A stretch of 64,000 bases of DNA from Bacteroidota bacterium (GTDB lineage Bacteria > Bacteroidota > Bacteroidia > Bacteroidales > FEN-979), in NCBI GenBank assembly GCA_026391795.1, contig JAPLDI010000004.1, positions 26,068-90,067 on the forward strand, given 5' to 3'. A model generated the notes under the pieces. It saw only the letters and a list, made by a program, of their open reading frames with translations, was not told the DNA's origin and ran no database searches. Both the position numbers and the translations under genes were made by a program. Within the stretch, counting starts at the first letter, position 1; every line of letters starts with the position of its first letter. This document shows positions 62,481-64,000 of this stretch, in pieces.

Positions 62481-63410
62481 TTACATTTTTATCCGGTTGA
62501 TGGACAGTTTTGTCAGGTCCATGCTGCCAATTCCGGCTTCACTGGCAAGTTTGATGTAGGAAACGTCTGCCGGCTCGCTTCCGAACATTTTGGCCGCCGC
62601 AGCATCGGCAGCAACAATGTCCTTTGAAAGGATCAGCGATTTCATCAGCACCACATCTTCTTCCGAAACCCCTCTCGGGCCGCGCTTTGTCATGACCCGG
62701 TAGGCATCCACAACATTCAGGTCGGGTTTTCGGTAACCGGCAAAATCGGCAATGCACTGGTTCAGGTCGTTTTTGTGCCAGTAACGGCGATCCCAGACGA
62801 TTCCCATGTGGTTTTTCATGGATGCTGTTATAATGGAGGATCCATGGCTTTTCAGAACGGGGACATTGATGAATACATCCGAGCTGAGGATCAGCTCATG
62901 GACCTTGGCTTCTTTAAGCTTCTTCCCGTTTTTCACGCTCACCTGCTGGTAATTCCCTTCCGAATTGCCCGGCACCAGTTTCCCGCCGGCATCCTTCACC
63001 GCTTTTTGAATGCCGCTGTTTTCGTAACATTTATTCCAGCTGTCGCAGGTATTGTCAAAAACATAAACCGTTTTTGCCCCTGCACTGTAACACTGTTCGA
63101 TGATCCGCTTCACCAGGTCGGGGTTGGTGTTGGCGCCACGTTCGGGGGAGGTATCCCACCCGATGTTGGGCTTCACCACAACGGTCTGGTTGGGCTTGAC
63201 AAACGCCTTCATACCTCCGAGCGAAGCTATCGCCTTGTCGAACATCTGGATCGGCTCGCCGTCTTTCACGGCAACGAGGTCATACCCTGCAGGCGGGCCG
63301 GGAGGTGGAACTTTTCCGGCAAAGATCTTTCGGAAATCCCCAAAGGTCATCGCAGCACCGGCAGCAACACCCGTAAGTATGCTTTTTTTGAAAAAATCTC
63401 TTCGGTCCAT
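62481..63410 (-). CDS. DUF362-domain protein with a twin-arginine (Tat) signal
   Basis: MDRRDFFKKSILTGVAAGAAMTF, and VVVKPNIGWDTSPERGANTNPDLV typical of DUF362 as I recall. It lies 4 nt upstream of the polyferredoxin gene. Confidence 0.7.
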   Translation of the reverse strand: MDRRDFFKKSILTGVAAGAAMTFGDFRKIFAGKVPPPGPPAGYDLVAVKDGEPIQMFDKAIASLGGMKAFVKPNQTVVVKPNIGWDTSPERGANTNPDLVKRIIEQCYSAGAKTVYVFDNTCDSWNKCYENSGIQKAVKDAGGKLVPGNSEGNYQQVSVKNGKKLKEAKVHELILSSDVFINVPVLKSHGSSIITASMKNHMGIVWDRRYWHKNDLNQCIADFAGYRKPDLNVVDAYRVMTKRGPRGVSEEDVVLMKSLILSKDIVAADAAAAKMFGSEPADVSYIKLASEAGIGSMDLTKLSINRIKM

Positions 63411-63519
63411 GAAAATATTTTTAGATCATAAAGGTACAAAATCATTCCGATATCTTCGATCTTTTACCTTTCGGGAGTCGCCGATTTTTGTTACTTTAGC
63501 TGGGCAAAAAAGAAACGGT

Positions 63520-63999
63520 TTGATCACCCCCGATACCATATCAAACATCTTGTCCGCTGCGCGGATCGAAGAGGTTATCTCTGATTTCGTTTCCCTGAAA
63601 AGAAGGGGAACGAATTATATCGGGCTGTGTCCTTTTCACAATGAAAAAACGCCGTCATTTACCGTTTCCCCGGCAAAAGGGATCTTCAAATGTTTCGGTT
63701 GCGGCAAGGCAGGAAATACGGTAAACTTCCTGATGGAGCATGAGCATTACACTTATCCGGAAGCATTGCGGTTCCTGGCGAAACGATACCACATTGAGAT
63801 TGCCGAAGAAGTTCAGACACCCGAAAAAATCCAGGAACAGAATGAAAAGGAGACCCTTTTCCTGATCAACCATTTTGCGCAGAAATATTTTGAACAAACC
63901 CTCTTCGAAACCGAAGACGGAAAGGCAATCGGCCTTACATACCTGCAGGAGCGCGGTTTCCGTGAAGAATACATCCGGAAGTTTCAGCTGGGCTATTCG
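63520..63999 (+). CDS. dnaG: DNA primase, N-terminal part (partial; runs off the window)
   Basis: The frame is open from TTG 63520 to the window end. Zinc-ribbon CPFHNEKTPSFTVSPAKGIFKCFGCGKAGN. It is absent from the ORF track because there is no stop in the window. Confidence 0.85.
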   Translation, partial: MITPDTISNILSAARIEEVISDFVSLKRRGTNYIGLCPFHNEKTPSFTVSPAKGIFKCFGCGKAGNTVNFLMEHEHYTYPEALRFLAKRYHIEIAEEVQTPEKIQEQNEKETLFLINHFAQKYFEQTLFETEDGKAIGLTYLQERGFREEYIRKFQLGYS

Positions 64000-64000
64000 A

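Noticed and set aside
1-64000. Search for mobile elements, prophage, defence islands, toxin-antitoxin pairs, retrons or DGRs.
   Set aside because: No ORF shows integrase, transposase, reverse-transcriptase, Cas, nuclease-helicase defence or small toxin/antitoxin features. Gene content is housekeeping plus secreted proteins.

Overview
This 64-kb window looks like ordinary core chromosome of a Bacteroidota bacterium. The phylum call rests on three things: type IX secretion (T9SS) C-terminal sorting domains on three large secreted proteins, TAnnTTTG -7 promoter boxes just upstream of many starts, and the ftsX-DUF3098-uppP-truB gene order.

I can support about 42 protein genes and one tRNA-Val(CAC):
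- Signalling and efflux: a TPR/class III nucleotidyl cyclase and an MFP-RND-TolC efflux operon.
- Translation and stress: a DEAD-box helicase, an ADP-ribosylglycohydrolase, a stand-alone EF-G, a RelA-like (p)ppGpp synthetase, leuS, aspS, tadA and truB.
- Envelope and regulation: uppP, ftsX and a BlaI/BlaR1-like pair.
- Secreted proteins: a 2075-aa alpha-2-macroglobulin-like protein, a 1720-aa T9SS surface protein, and two BNR-propeller T9SS cargo proteins.
- Other functions: an MFS transporter, several hydrolases, a Tat-signal DUF362 plus polyferredoxin pair, and the 5' end of dnaG.

I found no transposase, integrase, reverse transcriptase, cas gene, true CRISPR array or recognisable defence or toxin module.

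The unusual signal is non-coding. Almost every intergenic spacer is built from the same small set of 7-9 nt period repeat families, such as CTGATGAG, CTCTGTG, ACCGCAAAG, CGCAGAT, AATACCC, CTGGATG, CATCTCA and CACTTCT.
- The families are concatenated in a recurring order.
- They often form long hairpins.
- At 11 gene ends they abut or supply the stop codon, in the orientation that puts a stop codon in all three frames.
- At several sites they sit in-frame inside coding sequences (M28 peptidase, aldolase, alpha-2-macroglobulin, polyferredoxin, and two N-termini).

A 143-bp exact duplication carrying a promoter and the first ten codons links two adjacent secreted-protein genes and clips the sorting domain of one of them.

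All protein calls come from motifs I recognise by eye. No database search was possible.
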